Source: Eledone cirrhosa
Lineage: Eukaryota
DNA: 64,000 bases
Direction: 5' to 3'
Assembly: GCA_964016885.1 (NCBI GenBank)
Contig: OZ024752.1
Location: 1,860,001 to 1,924,000 of the forward strand
This document shows positions 38,778-52,850 of the stretch, piece by piece. The translations under genes and the position numbers were made by a program. Positions within the stretch are counted from its first letter, which is position 1; each line of letters begins with the position of its first letter. The notes under the pieces are model-generated. The model had not been told where the DNA came from and ran no database searches. It was given only the letters and a program-made list of their open reading frames with translations.

Positions 38778-38886
38778 AAAAAGTATGACCCCGGGGTCAT
38801 ACTTTTTCCTATTTCCTACTCTACTACTCTAAGTACTGAGTACTGTGGTGCGTTATGGTCCATCTGGTTCCTTACCACATTTCCTT

Positions 38887-38889
<3 letters not shown>
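38773..38889 (+). mobile_element. Short PLE-end-like repeat with a 40-bp palindromic head
   Basis: Palindrome ataggaaaaagtatgacccc|ggggtcatactttttcctat, then a tail shared with 49140-49185 and (reverse) 56396-56458. Flanked by (TA)n. Confidence 0.5.
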
Positions 38890-38926
<37 letters not shown>

Positions 38927-39399
38927 CAATATGTAGAATTCTGTCTGTTGATTTGAATATTCAAATCAACAGACAGCGAAAGACGCGTTCCGAGTCGTCC
39001 GACAGACAACCTTTTCCCCCACCCCGGAAAAAACCCCAGTTGATGGATGTGAATCCGAAATATATAGGGACTATTAAAGCTCTCCCAAGGTAACTCTCTC
39101 TCTCTTGTGTTGTTATTATTATTTTTATTCTTTTACTCTTCCCTTCATTCTACACATCTCACACATCTTATACACACCACGCATCTCAACGTACACCCAC
39201 TTACATATCTCTCTCTCCACCACCGGACCTTGTTACCCGGAGATTTACCCATTTGCATTGTCGAGGCTTCCAAACGACTTATAAATATTTACATATATAT
39301 ATATATATTCACACACATACAGACTCACCCACTTAGAAATCCATTGATAGGATACAGTAATGCTCTATTCGTTTCATTGAAGTCACCAGTTGTAATTTC

Positions 39400-39918
39400 A
39401 TTCAGCAACACCACCAGCTCTCTATTCCATATTCTTCTATGTCTCCTTCTCTATCACTCGCTATATATCTATCTCAATCTACTCTCTCACAACCACTATG
39501 TCTTTCTCTCTATTCGTCTCTCTCTATATTTATGAAGGTACCCCGAAAACCCGTGCTTCGATTTAGGCGAAACTAGTTTTATTCCCTTTGGATTCCCATT
39601 TCAGGGCCAATATTCTTTCAAAGTATTTTCCCATTTTGCGCCCTTTGGTTTCTATTACATTACATACATGCACACAAGATAGCAATCACAGAGTTTTAGT
39701 AGTATACTAGACGACCCCTGACCTATTGGGTCTCTTCGAAATACTTTTAAAAATGATCTTCACTTAAAAATAATTATAAAATGATTTAAATATACACACT
39801 CATGTATATGATGTGAAATTAAATTGGAGGGCCCATATATGTACGTGTGTGTATGTATATTTATAAATGTGGGTGTATATATATATATATATATATATGT
39901 GTGTTTCGTCATAGTCAT

Positions 39919-39990
<72 letters not shown>

Positions 39991-40305
39991 GCATACCTAC
40001 ACAAAACCACCACCAGCTGTCTTCTATTCTCCTTCTCTATCTCCTCTGCCTCTTTGTATGTCTGTCATTCAATCTACTCTGTCACAGCCACGTTTTTTCT
40101 CTCTATGTTTATGAAGTTACCGAGAAAAAACCCATATCTCGAGAACCCGTGGTCCGATTTACGCGAAAATTGCTTTACTCCATTTGCATTCCCATTTCAG
40201 GTGCAACTTCTTTTCAAAATATTTTCCCATTATGCGCTTTTTGTTTTGGCTGTATTATATTACAGACAAGCAATCAATCACAGACTGTTATTATTATTAT
40301 ATATA
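39400..40305 (-). mobile_element. Two head-to-tail Helitron-like non-autonomous copies
   Basis: 39410-39706 and 40008-40300 are diverged direct repeats. On the minus strand gacccaataggtcaggggtcgtCTAG (39707-39735) abuts tatactactaaaac. Confidence 0.5.
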
Positions 40306-40605
40306 TATATATATATATATAACATATAGATGGAGAGAACTTAATAAGAGCAGTAAGGATATTGAGCACGAAGTAAAATAGCATCATTGAGGTGGTCATA
40401 GAGTGTGTGATGAAATTACTTTGACTAAATAACAAATAACAAATTATGATAAAGGTGAAGTGTATGTCAAATACTGCCTATGCTATTATTGGCAAAATTG
40501 GTAACATGGCTATCCCAAAATATAACAATATATGTTTCAACACACGATATTTCACATCAATGATCTTATTAAACCAATATATACACTTATTTATATATTT
40601 GTGTG

Positions 40606-40667
<62 letters not shown>

Positions 40668-43600
40668 CACACATATATATATATATATATACTTTTAAAT
40701 ATGTGGCTCGCTCTGCCGCCAATTTTCCCTTTCCATTTCTCCTGTCTTTCCAGAATACTATTCTGAGCTCTCACATCTCGACTTGTCGTTCACCACTTTC
40801 CCAGTCTATCACTGGCCAATTTATTTCGTATCCACTTCACTGCTCTCTCCCTCCTTAGTCTGTAATTTAAGTCAAGAATTAATCCGAAATAACGTCATCA
40901 CATTCACTTTAGCCCCCAATGTGTTCACGAATTTTTGGCAACGTTTAATACAAAGTAAATACGTCGTTTTTATACAAAAAATATTTATGCTTTTGAACAC
41001 TGGATCTAATATTGTTGGGTGAGAATATCTTCCCAGTGTTTCCCAGTAGGTCATAGCTAGTTTATTAATAGCGTCAAATGTTAGATACAAAATTAATTTT
41101 GGTGGAAATATCACAAAATGTTAAGGGATATTTTTAATGCAGCAAAATATTTTCAGCGAGTTCAATACATATAATACCAGCAATCAATTAGGTAGTATTC
41201 ATAATGGCAATTAAACTAAACAAAATTTAATGTCGCTAATGTAGCAGAATATTGTGAATGAGAATATTCACAATATGAAAGGAAACTTCGTATTTAATAT
41301 TTCCCTATAAGACTTACATCAAGATAAGCAAATAATTAGAATAACGGATGGATCGATTCTAACATTAGACAGAGAGCAGATGAATATTCATGAGTATATT
41401 TGGCCATGTATGCATATTTTATTCTTATTCTCCTTTGTCACCTTTCATCACATTTGTGTCTTTTTTTGTGCTTCTATTGTGTACATGCCAATGAAAGTGC
41501 GCATAGATGTGGTTAAAATAAATAAAATAGGAATAGAATTGCAATGTAGGATCAAAAGGGGATATAAAAATAAATTTCTAATAAAATATAATGTAGCCAA
41601 AATTTCATTGGTCTTCAAATAAAAAGAGAAATCTCAAAAATAATTGAAAATATAAAAACGAAACTATTCACTATAGTTATTAGAAAAAATCACATGAGAT
41701 GGTTGCTATAAAAATGTTGGGCTATTTAAAACATGAGTGATAATATCACCTATCATGCTGTTTATTGATGACATGTCTATTCAGAATGTGTACAATATCG
41801 CAGAACAAAGAAAATCTATAGCCACACGAATATTGATTGATGAGTGATACGAACAGGAGAAACATGAAATGAAGCGTAGCTTGAATTATTTTATGGTAAC
41901 CAACATGTATTGTAGTAAGGAACAAGCATTGTGAGAGTAATTTTACGACGTGTTGTACTTCAAGCGCACACGATTGCTCATACAGCTTGATAGCCCGATC
42001 AATATATATGTTAGACAATACAGAATATACGTGTGCAACTGCATAGACTTACGCACGACGATACAGGCAAACTTACATATACGCACATATATGCATGTAT
42101 ATTTACTGACGTACCTTTGAATGTAGTTATACATGTATGATTATGTGAATATATGTATGTATATATGCATGTATGCGTATGTTTATGTATGTAGATATGT
42201 ATTAATGCACGTGGCTCTCGATAGCTACTGATAATTTGTAAGCCAATTCAAACTGTCGTATGTTCGCAATCAAGCAGGGCAATCAAGGTAAATTTCTGAG
42301 GAAATAGACTCTTTTAGACACTCTGAAATAGGAAACACAGAACTCGCCAAAGAAGATATTAATATATTTCTCTCCACAGATAATCCAGGACTACCGAATA
42401 TATTTTCTTCGATTAAAGCAATAGAAAACAAACCTCAATTCTCAACAAGATACCAACAGATTAACGCATGCAAACATCTCAGAAGGGCAATACTTACGAC
42501 AAATGCTTCCAATATTTTCAGAACTTATGCAGACAGGAATGACTTGGTTATGAAGTAGTGACATTTGAAATTAATTTGAAACGGTAAATATAAAAAACAT
42601 ATAATTTAACTTAGTGGAGAATCGAAAAGCAACACAATATCTAATATGTTGTGTCGTCTGAGAATCATACTGGTTCGTTGACTAACATTAGATAAATAAG
42701 ATATGAAAAATTGGAATTAAAGAAGATCCTATCAAATGAACATTTAATAATTTGCGGGAACAATATCAAATATTCCATTGTTATCAAGTTTCAAGCTTCG
42801 ATCCACAGTAGCCACAAGAAATAGATATTTTGCACTTTTGTATTTTATTTAAGTTTACAGAGTTATTAGAAGTACAGGTTTTTAGAGAAGCACACAACTT
42901 TGAATGATTCGTAAAACACGGCAAAGTAACTTTATACCCACTAGACAGAATGTCGATAACATTAAAAAAATTAATGTCGTAAAATAAGGTTCAAGTCAGG
43001 GATGGATACACATTAGGATATAATGTCTATGGCACAAGATTTTTATACAATGAAATTTGACAGCATTGCTATAACTAGGTACGAAGGGAAAATATATTTT
43101 CCAGCCACATTTGAATATATTCAATCTTATTTTGGATTTTCTATTTGTTTGTATTCATGTCGTACGTAAGCTTTTTTTCTCTACCTTAATCCGTTATTTT
43201 GAGAAAATATATTACTATTTTTTAATAACCCATATATAACTATTTTCAATCATAATTTACGTCTAGTATATCTATATAGTTTATGATTACATTTATTCAA
43301 ACTTTTCCACTGTTTAGTTAACATTATTGCTGTTGTTGTTCTTTATTGTACATTATTGGTAGTAGTATTAGTAGTATAAATCGTAGTAGTAGTATTGTTT
43401 TTGTTTTTGTTGCTGCTGCTGTTGTTTTTGCTGTTATACTGATCATCAATACTTTGATATTTATTTTGTTTTTCCTTTGGTTCATTTTATTCTATTTGCA
43501 ATAAACATTTCGGAAAATACAGATATTACAATTATAATGCAAGTAAGGTTATTTATGCTCATTTTCACGTTTTCTCATTTCAAATGTTGCCAACTATACA

Positions 43601-44009
43601 ATGTTAATCTATTCCAAGCCGGTTTCAATAGCAACAGCGTTACAATACTCTAAAGAACGTTTTTCACATTTGAATATGAAGTAAATCACACACAGCATAT
43701 ATTTCGTTTTATTTTTTATTGACGATCATCCATATTTCCATGACGTTATTGTTATGTTCGTATTGAAATATTAATAGAATTAGAGAAAAAATAGATTTAA
43801 AACACATTTAGATAAATCATTAGATTCTGGGTAGAATATTCACTAAAACTTTATACCAGGTAAAAGTTTTGCTTAATTTCACTCTATCGTTTGGCTTTAT
43901 TCGACAAAAGACATAAATATATTCGATGCATTACGAATGAATGAAGAGAAATATATTACGGGAACTATATTCTTGTAACTACACTCTCACCCCCTCCTTC
44001 TCTCTCTCT

Positions 44010-44067
<58 letters not shown>

Positions 44068-44088
44068 ATGGGGGGAGATATACATATA

Positions 44089-44140
<52 letters not shown>

Positions 44141-46189
44141 TACATATGTCTGTGTGTGTGTGTGTAACATTATCATCCATTTATCCAGCAGGGGTGTAGG
44201 ATTGCCTGTAAGTGTGTATACATAAATTTTGTAAAATATATTTAAATCACGAGGTAATATGTTTGAAAATAACAAGTAAATCTTTCTTGATCATTTGAGA
44301 AGAGTTAACCTACAGTAAATTGCCTGCAACACGAAGCCATTGCGTTCTTATGTAGTTTAGTGAGAAAACACGATCGATATATTTATACATATTACTTCTA
44401 CGTAGGATCAACATTTACGCAGCATCTAATGTGTCGTAGAAGTTGATTGATTACGATCTTCACTCGATTTATTTAATTTATTACAACAGCGTTTATATTT
44501 TCCAAGATGGTGTAGTCATTAATTATCTTTTCAATTTTGTTGCAGTTATGTGAGCGCAATGGAAAATGCTTCTAAAACGCATATTATATTCAACATAATA
44601 CATGCATGGCAGATCTGATATCAGATGAGATTAAACGTTTTTATGCTGGGATGGTTGTTTAGGGTATAGGAACATTACAAAACACAATGTCCCTCTGATT
44701 ATAGTCGCTATATATATTCCTATATAAATTATCAAACTTGTGTCGCAGATAAAAGATTTGAAAATATAGATTGATTTTATATCACAATTAACGATTTTCT
44801 TCTTCCAGTATACCATCTGAAATATTATAAACTGAATATTGGTTATGTAATCCAAACATGCTTATATATAAATTCTCTAAAGAATGTAGAAACTTAAACA
44901 AGTATCAGCACTATTTTGTCCCTTATTTCCCATGCTTGCCTTATTATAACATGTTAAAGGGCTTCAGATGAAACGTTTCATGTCATTCTATTTAGTGTGA
45001 ATTAACCCACTGAACACGTATTATTAATACGCATTTGGATAAAGCCTTATAACCATATTGTTTGATTTTCTATGTTTTATTACTATAGTTTAAACCCTCA
45101 CATTTCAACACCTTGATCGATTGTCTCCTCTGTAGTATTTACATATACATGCCTTTACAAACGCATAGACAGGCATACACACAAACATACATCGTTGGGG
45201 TGTGGGAGGTAGCTTGGAGTGCATGAGTGACTGCGGGACATCCACAGAAAACATTGTCTTGAAATATGCTACCTAGGGGAGCTTTCTATATGTAAAGCCA
45301 ATATATATATATGCATGTACCAGCAGTAACTCGGTGTTTTTCAAACTGTGTACGTCCATATATAGATGATATGCTAATCTTAACAGTACACTAGATATAT
45401 ACATTAACTAGTTCACCCCCTTCCGCTATATTAATCCAACAGTATAGTGTAAACATAATAATTACGTAGCTTTAGAAACCAATAAAAATGACTTCATAAA
45501 CCAGAAGTGAAAGATACTTTAAACACCTGAATGAAATAAAACGAGGATATTTTTTGCCATTTTTATTGGCATTATTTTACGAGTCACATCATCAAATATT
45601 TCCATTGACTACTTCAAATAATTAGCTCTCTTATAAACGTACACATATTTATTATGCTAAACAGGAGCCATTGAAATATGCTAGAGTAGCAGAAGCACAT
45701 ATTATTGACAACATATGAGACATAGCGACCTGTAGGCACTTCCTCAAGTGTTATTAGTTTATATATTCCGTATACGAAAATCACGATAGATAATTCTATA
45801 TAGAACATGAAACAAAAACAAATTCAATAACATTTTTAATGTTTCGAAACATTAATGTGCTTTTTATATATATTATTTAGAATAATCAGGGTTTACTACT
45901 ATATCCTGAATATCAATTGAGAACAACTAATTAGATATTATGTGTAATAAAATAAATTCTGCCTTTTAGGCATATATTTTCTGTTTCCCTTATCAATAAC
46001 CGATGTGTAAATTATTTAAATACAATTAGTATATGTTACATATCTATATATCTAACTATATATTTCTTTACTACTTTATTTCTATGTCAATTTATATATC
46101 TCAATATATATTTAAATCTATCTGTCTATATCTATCTACTAATTTATCTGTGATTATCTATCTATATATCCATATATTGATAGAGGAAA

Positions 46190-46778
46190 TAATTTGTCCA
46201 ATTGGAAGCAAGTAGTGTGATGGGGGAAGAAGGAGTTAACATGGATGTCGAACGAGTTTCTGATATGGTGGTTGTCAAACGAGATGGTGACACAGAGACA
46301 AAGAAATGAGAATAAATATGCATAGATTGAGAGGTGAATGTGTGTGGAGATAGCGAGTGTGTTTTCGTGTGGTATGTGTGTGTGATATACCGTCAAAATG
46401 GCTGAGCGTATGATAATATAAATGTATGCCTAGTGTAGTATATGTGTTTATAGTGGTGTGTATGGAGTAGTGTAGTGGGCTGCGAAATTTGAAATATTGT
46501 TGTAGTAGTGAGCGAATTTGATGGATTGGGTGAGATGAGGTGAGAAATGACAGAATGTGTGATGGTAGGATGCGAAATGAAAGGGTGTGAACATTATGTC
46601 TATAAATGCCTCTACACAGTTTAAACGAAAGGAAAGAAAGCCACCAAGCCGAAAAACGAGACGGTGGACCTTGTATTTGCGGGATTTGGAGGGGCCAGAG
46701 TGTGAACAAGTCCACATGTGGGATATATTGTGTGCAGCTAAGTTTAAGTCACGTGCAACAGGTGATATGGTCTTGTAG
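46190..46778 (-). mobile_element. Decayed Penelope-like (Neptune-like) endonuclease C-terminus and 3' region
   Basis: Minus-strand translation SPVARDLNLAAH...SRKYKVHRLVFRLGGFLSFRLN matches the PVAxHFN...H / RxxxExxLIFxL...GLN pattern. Confidence 0.55.
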
Positions 46779-46855
46779 AAACGGATGTTTCATAATATTC
46801 ACACACACAAACGAGAAACGTCACATACAACACACCCACATGCATATATACATTT

Positions 46856-47190
46856 ATATCAACTAGAAATTGATTGACATATAAATAAACATATGAAACA
46901 ATCACAGGGGATAATTTGTAAACGTGTGTAAGCACACATAGCTAGGTAACTAAATAAAGTTTAACTAGAACTTCAAAAATAGATACCTTATAAATTGATT
47001 ATTCTTCCTTGTATATATTCCATTAAAGAAATATATTTCACCATCAATTTATAAGGTATCTATTTTTGAAGTTCTAGTTAAACTTTATTTAGTTACCTAC
47101 CTAGCTATGTGTGCTTACACACGTTTACAAATTATCCCCTGTGATTGTTTCAAATGTTTATATATATGTCAATCAATTTCTAGTTGATAT
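46856..47190. mobile_element. Fold-back/MITE-like hairpin, ~143-bp near-perfect arms with ~44-bp spacer
   Basis: 46856-46999 is the reverse complement of 47043-47190 with ~2 substitutions and a 4-bp indel. Confidence 0.8.
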
Positions 47191-47393
47191 CAAATGCTCG
47201 GATCTATTCATTACAATCTAGGAGCATATTTTACGGGTGATATGGCGCATGTCTATCTAGCATGACACCCTTAATTTAATTTAATTTAATTTATCTTAAT
47301 TTTCGATATATATATTTATATATATATAGGTAGAGGGCTACTCACAATATGCATACACCAACATACATACACACTCACTCACACACACACACG

Positions 47394-47459
<66 letters not shown>

Positions 47460-48671
47460 TAAGTTTGAAGAACAGCCAGACAAAATATATCAAGTTTTTT
47501 TCCTACTTAGTCCGTAGATATTAACCAAATAAATAATCAATTAAACGGAGCTAAGTTTAAAATGTAAGTTTGAAGAAAAAATGCACATAAACTTTCCCAA
47601 ATTCTTCTAGTCGCGACTATCGATAGTTTCGCTCGTACTGTGTCGATATGTCCAATCCTGGTATTATCCATGAGGTTTCGAACTGTTCAAGAGACTCCCC
47701 CAGTCAGAACTAAAATTTCTAAAGCGATCAGCGCCACAAATGATTTCAAAATGAGTTAGATACATCACATGACCACCGGTCAAAGTAGAACGGTCGTGAA
47801 GGTAGGCCGGATGGCGAGTCGGTCCATTGCTAGAAGTAGCAGTTAGTTTCAGCCTAAGGTTTACTCAACCTAAAGGGAGTATAGAATAAATTGATAAGGA
47901 TATATGTGTATATATTTAGACATAGTCACAGATACATATATGAGTGTGGCTACCTTCAACGGTGTGGCACTATGAAAATTAGTTAAGCAAATCATTAATT
48001 ATTAATCAGGGCTATATAAATCTATAGGTTTGAAGGACAGCCAGACAAAATATATCCAATTTTTCTCCTCCTTAGTCCGTAGAAATTAACCATATATATA
48101 TAAAGTTGTAGTTCCTGTCTGTTTATTTCTTTGTTCAAGAACTAATCCTATGGTTTTGGAGATAGACCCCAATAACCATATATATTCTGTAACTAAATTG
48201 CCCAGGGTACTTGGATAAGTGTATTTCATTTAATCAAAGGGTTCCAGGGGGGCACAAAACCCCACTTGCCCCCGGGGAAAATGTTTTCCATTCGATTTAT
48301 ATGAAATTTAAACCATAGGAAAATGAGAGGATATGATGTATATTCACAAAATTTCAGCAAATGTCAATAACATTAATATACCGTAATGAAGGTTGAACCA
48401 CTGAAAATTTTGGAAGCCCATAACTTGAGTATTGGAACCTCTATTATCACGGGGTTTTTCTATTAATTAAACGTAAATCAATAAAGAAATCACCTCTCTT
48501 TTATAGTAAAATTTGGCTAATTTAGACATTTTATCCATGGCAAAACATCACGAAAATTATGACAAAAACATTATTAGTTAATGCCTCTACATGTTTAACA
48601 TGTTCCCTCTATTTTCTCTCCACAAATTATATCACTGATTTAAAATCAATCATCATTTTCTTACAATCATC

Positions 48672-49130
48672 ATTTTCCATTTATCGTTTTCGGTGCGCCC
48701 GGCCGACTAACTCACTCGATATGCAAATTAGGCTGGTCAGCCGTTAATATGCACAAGGAAAATATATACTTTCAGACGTTCAATCATCTTGCAGGAAGGT
48801 ATAGGATGCTGACGATAGCTAATAAGCTTGAAACTAGTACATCGTTCCTTTGTCAGTGTTGAACAAAAGGCAACGATGGTTGCTAAACACTGTACGGCGT
48901 AATTCGGGCTGTTTGTTTACAAACAAACCGAGCATTATAATAAATTTTCGGTAAACCCATACGTACATATATATATATATATATATATGTGCATGTATGT
49001 ATATATATATACATACTACTGTACGTCTGTATACATATACATATGTACGTATACATACTTATATTTAAGTAACAGCCGCACTAAGAGTGAGAAATGATAT
49101 TTCGTTTCAATTTTTCCATATATATATCGT
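48672..49130 (+). mobile_element. ~450-nt non-coding hammerhead-containing element (retrozyme/pLTR-like), copy 1
   Basis: Homologous to the reverse complement of 30595-30990, contains an intact hammerhead, and begins and ends with ttttccat..atcgt. Confidence 0.7.
48805..48843 (+). ncRNA. Minimal type I hammerhead ribozyme
   Basis: gatg-CTGACGA-t agct aata agct t-GAAA-ctag-TA-catc. All core nucleotides present, palindromic stem III, GUA cleavage triplet. Confidence 0.85.
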
Positions 49131-49139
49131 CGACTATTT

Positions 49140-49183
49140 CTGGTGCATTATGGTCCATCTCGTTCGTTACCACAATTCCTTTG

Positions 49184-49243
<60 letters not shown>

Positions 49244-49330
49244 CAAAGGAATTGTGGTAAGGAACGAGATGGACCATAATAGCCGTCGAAACGGCTTGAG
49301 CTCTTCCGTCGGGGTCATACTTTTTCCTAT
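49140..49330. mobile_element. Same repeat family: tail-to-tail inverted ends around (TA)n plus the 3' half of a hammerhead
   Basis: Inverted arms 49147-49186 and 49241-49280, then GAAA cgg...ccg TC ggggtcatactttttcct. Confidence 0.5.
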
Positions 49331-49967
49331 ATATATATAGATATATTCGTATATGTGTGTGTATGCGGGCTTTTGTAGAGACATGAAAAAACATAGATTT
49401 CTCTCATTCTGAAATCCATATATATATTCTCGTACAATTCACTGATATAGCAATAATGGTTAAATTATTTGGTATATTCAATTAAACTATCATTGTCTTT
49501 GTAATATACAGATAACTTTCCATTCATTCAAAGCAACATTTTCTTTGTTCTTTACATTTATAACCTCAATAGAATTTATTTTTGTAAATAAATTTCTACG
49601 ATATATGTACACGAGAAAATGTTACTTTTTACTTAGTAAATGTAAGACACATTTCTGAATATTAACTCAAAATATTGGAGTACTTGAATATTTATTAAAA
49701 CTGAGAACGTATGTTTTAAACAAAAATGCCGAAGAGAAGTGGTTGAAAGAGTACCGTGCGTGATTCGATGCTAAGAAATATGAAATATTAATAATAGGAT
49801 TTTACAGCTTTGCTTTTTATTTCCAAAATGCATAAGATAAGTACCAGTGTTAGAGGATTTAAAGAATTGACTTCAGAATTGCATGTAAATATTGATTTTC
49901 TTCCAATGAATCTGTGAATAAATATATAAAGTATAGTGGGCACTAACTTAAATTATGAAAAGTAACA

Positions 49968-50148
49968 ATAATTGTTTCTACTTTTGGCACAAGGCCAGCA
50001 ATTACCCAGTGTATTACTGGTACTTTATTTTATCGATCTCATAAGGATGAAAGGCAACATTAACCTCGGCAGGATTTAAAATCAGAATGGCAAGGGCTGT
50101 AACTCTATGCGTCAAAGCATGGCGTCCGACCCTCTACCGATACTGCCA
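49968..50148 (-). mobile_element. tRNA-derived SINE (same family)
   Basis: Reverse complement of the 37204 family from tggcagtatcggtagagg to agaaacaat. Confidence 0.85.
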
Positions 50149-50959
50149 ATCGACAATGAATGATCTTCAGTATTTAGATATAAAGGATTTCGGATTTTCC
50201 AGTTGTTATTGTCAATTAACCCAAGGATACATCTACTCCCTGTTAAATGGCTGAATATATTTAATATCTGCCAAGGAGACCTTCGCTTATGAGGCATCAA
50301 GGATCACTATCATCTTCAACAAAATTATATATAAATGATGTATTATTTTCATAGGAAGTTATTTAATTTGCCTCATATTCAATTTGATATATTCGGGCAG
50401 AATATTATGCCATTCTATCTAAACTATAAATCTGTTCCCATAGAAATTTCGTATAAAGGATACTCATATTCTCTTTATATATATACATTATTAATATCCC
50501 TAATGACTTTCTAATGCATCTTTTGATGACGCGAGAGATCAACGAGATTTAAAAGGAATATATTTGGCCCCAAACAATATTTCCTTGTTTTGAAATATCC
50601 AAAGACACCGATCAAAGATTTTCTGCAATCAATATTCCATTTTATCATACCATTGCTACATTTAATCTGATTCCAACGTATGTCTGTTAGCGAGAATATA
50701 CCTGGCTTAGAAATCTGGTAATAGAAAAATAAAACCCATTTCGTGTATCTTATATATCAGGAATGGCAATCAGAAAATGAAAGTCATAATCTCTTAAGAC
50801 TCGTCAATCTATATATCTCGTTTTAATTCATTTGAAAAACGGACACCAGATAGACAACATAAGAACCATGGTGGACAATGTATTATATAGAAATAACGAT
50901 ACTTGGCATATGGACTGAATTACCTTTCTTCTAGACCCTTCCATCTTTACATTTTCGTT

Positions 50960-51312
50960 TCTTCTTCATCATCATCATCACCATCATCACCACCATCACC
51001 AACACTATCATCACCATCATCACCATCATCACCATCACTGTCATCACAATCATCACCATCATCACCATCACTATCATCACCATCATCATCACCATCACTA
51101 TCATCACCATCGTCACCATCACCATAATCACCATCACCGTCCTCACCATCATCACCATCATCACCACCATCATCACCATCACCATCATCACCACCATCAA
51201 CACTATCACCATCATCACCACCATCATCACCATCATCATCACAACCATAATCATCGCACTATCACCAACATCACCACCACCACCACCATCATCACCACCT
51301 CCATCATCATCA
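50960..51312. repeat. (CAT/CAC)n trinucleotide microsatellite
   Basis: Direct reading. Confidence 0.95.
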
Positions 51313-52445
51313 TTGCAGGTGATATTGTTTTTAGTTGACTTCTCCCTCACATTACCTCTTTACATTCTTTTTTACATCTCCTCCACCTACTGATCCTATC
51401 ACTACTCCTAAAATAGCTACTTCAAGTGGTACTAGTAGGTAACCATTCATTCTTAGTGAAGTGATGCGTCACAAAATATATCTTTCGATGTGGACTGGTG
51501 TCTGTGTGACCACTAGTTGCAGTCACACAGTAAAATTATAGTGAATTATAGATCATCGTCTCAGGAAAATATCATATTTTTTGAAACATCATATTTTCAC
51601 ATGCTTTATTCTTTCAATGATATCAATGTTATTGAAATTACATTCAATTTTATTTTTTGAACTGCTAACAAATGTTACTTGGAATACATTTTTCTTTCTC
51701 GAAATAAAGTTTAAATTCTGATGATTTTGTGAATGCATCACTCAGTAAATTCAAACATATTTTAATTGTAATTTTATGCTACTCATGTTACTTGTTTTTT
51801 GGCGATTTACAGATTATCTGCAAATTCATTTAAATATTGCAATTTAAAAATCGAACCAGAATGAAATGTATGACTTAAATGTTATTTCATTGAAATCCGT
51901 TTATGGATAGGATGCAGCCATGCGATACACACAAAATTAATAAATACATTTTTCAAGAACTTATACGTATTTAAATTTATTCTGAAAAATAATTTGAATT
52001 TCTTTAAAATAATCATCACTATCATTTAATATGAATAAAATACAATTCGTTTTCTCAAACAATATAAATTTCCTGCAAATCATATTAGATCTGAAATATA
52101 GACACTCAATCTGAAAGAAGCACACGCAAGTGCAAAGACAAAAATAAAAATAAATGGGAAATATAAAGACTATTCAAAATTTCCACTTATTGCTTTCTAT
52201 TCACCGAGAGAAATATATTAATACAATGTTGCTAACGAAAAGTAAAAGAAATCATAAATTTTGCGAGTTTCATTTGACGTTTACGATTAATTACCAGGGT
52301 CATTCTCCATGTCCAATAACTTGAATGAAAATATTTTAAACATCTTCGACAAAGAGAAATATTTAAAACTTTATTAAACAAAACTTAAAAATTAAAAAGA
52401 ATTAATGTCAGCAAACATTTTGTGTAATTTTCTGAAATCTCAATA

Positions 52446-52486
<41 letters not shown>

Positions 52487-52850
52487 TAACAAATGAAATA
52501 AATATATAAATAAATAATTATAAAAAGACTGAACCAAATATATTGTATTTCAATTAATGCGTAAAATATTGAAAAATTGAAATTGCGAATAGAAACCGCT
52601 ACATTTTGTTTTTCGGTAAAGGCAGACAAAAGAGGTATATTCCACACATCCAACACACATGTAAGAAGTGAGAAGGAAAATTAAACAAACAGGAAAAATA
52701 AATTAAAATCTATAAAACGTAGTATTTTATTATATTGATATGCAAGTAATTTTTCAGGTAATATTCACTGGTGTCAATAAAAACAAAACAAAAATAAAAC
52801 AGAAATAATCATTCTCAGTTTGAATGCTTCTATATCCAAAATAATATAAT

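Noticed and set aside
46230-46290. Hammerhead in the decayed PLE tail
   Set aside because: Core reads TTGACAA and stem II does not pair; too degenerate.
50903-51350. Ser/Pro- or Met/Val-rich ORFs
   Set aside because: (CAT/CAC)n microsatellite.
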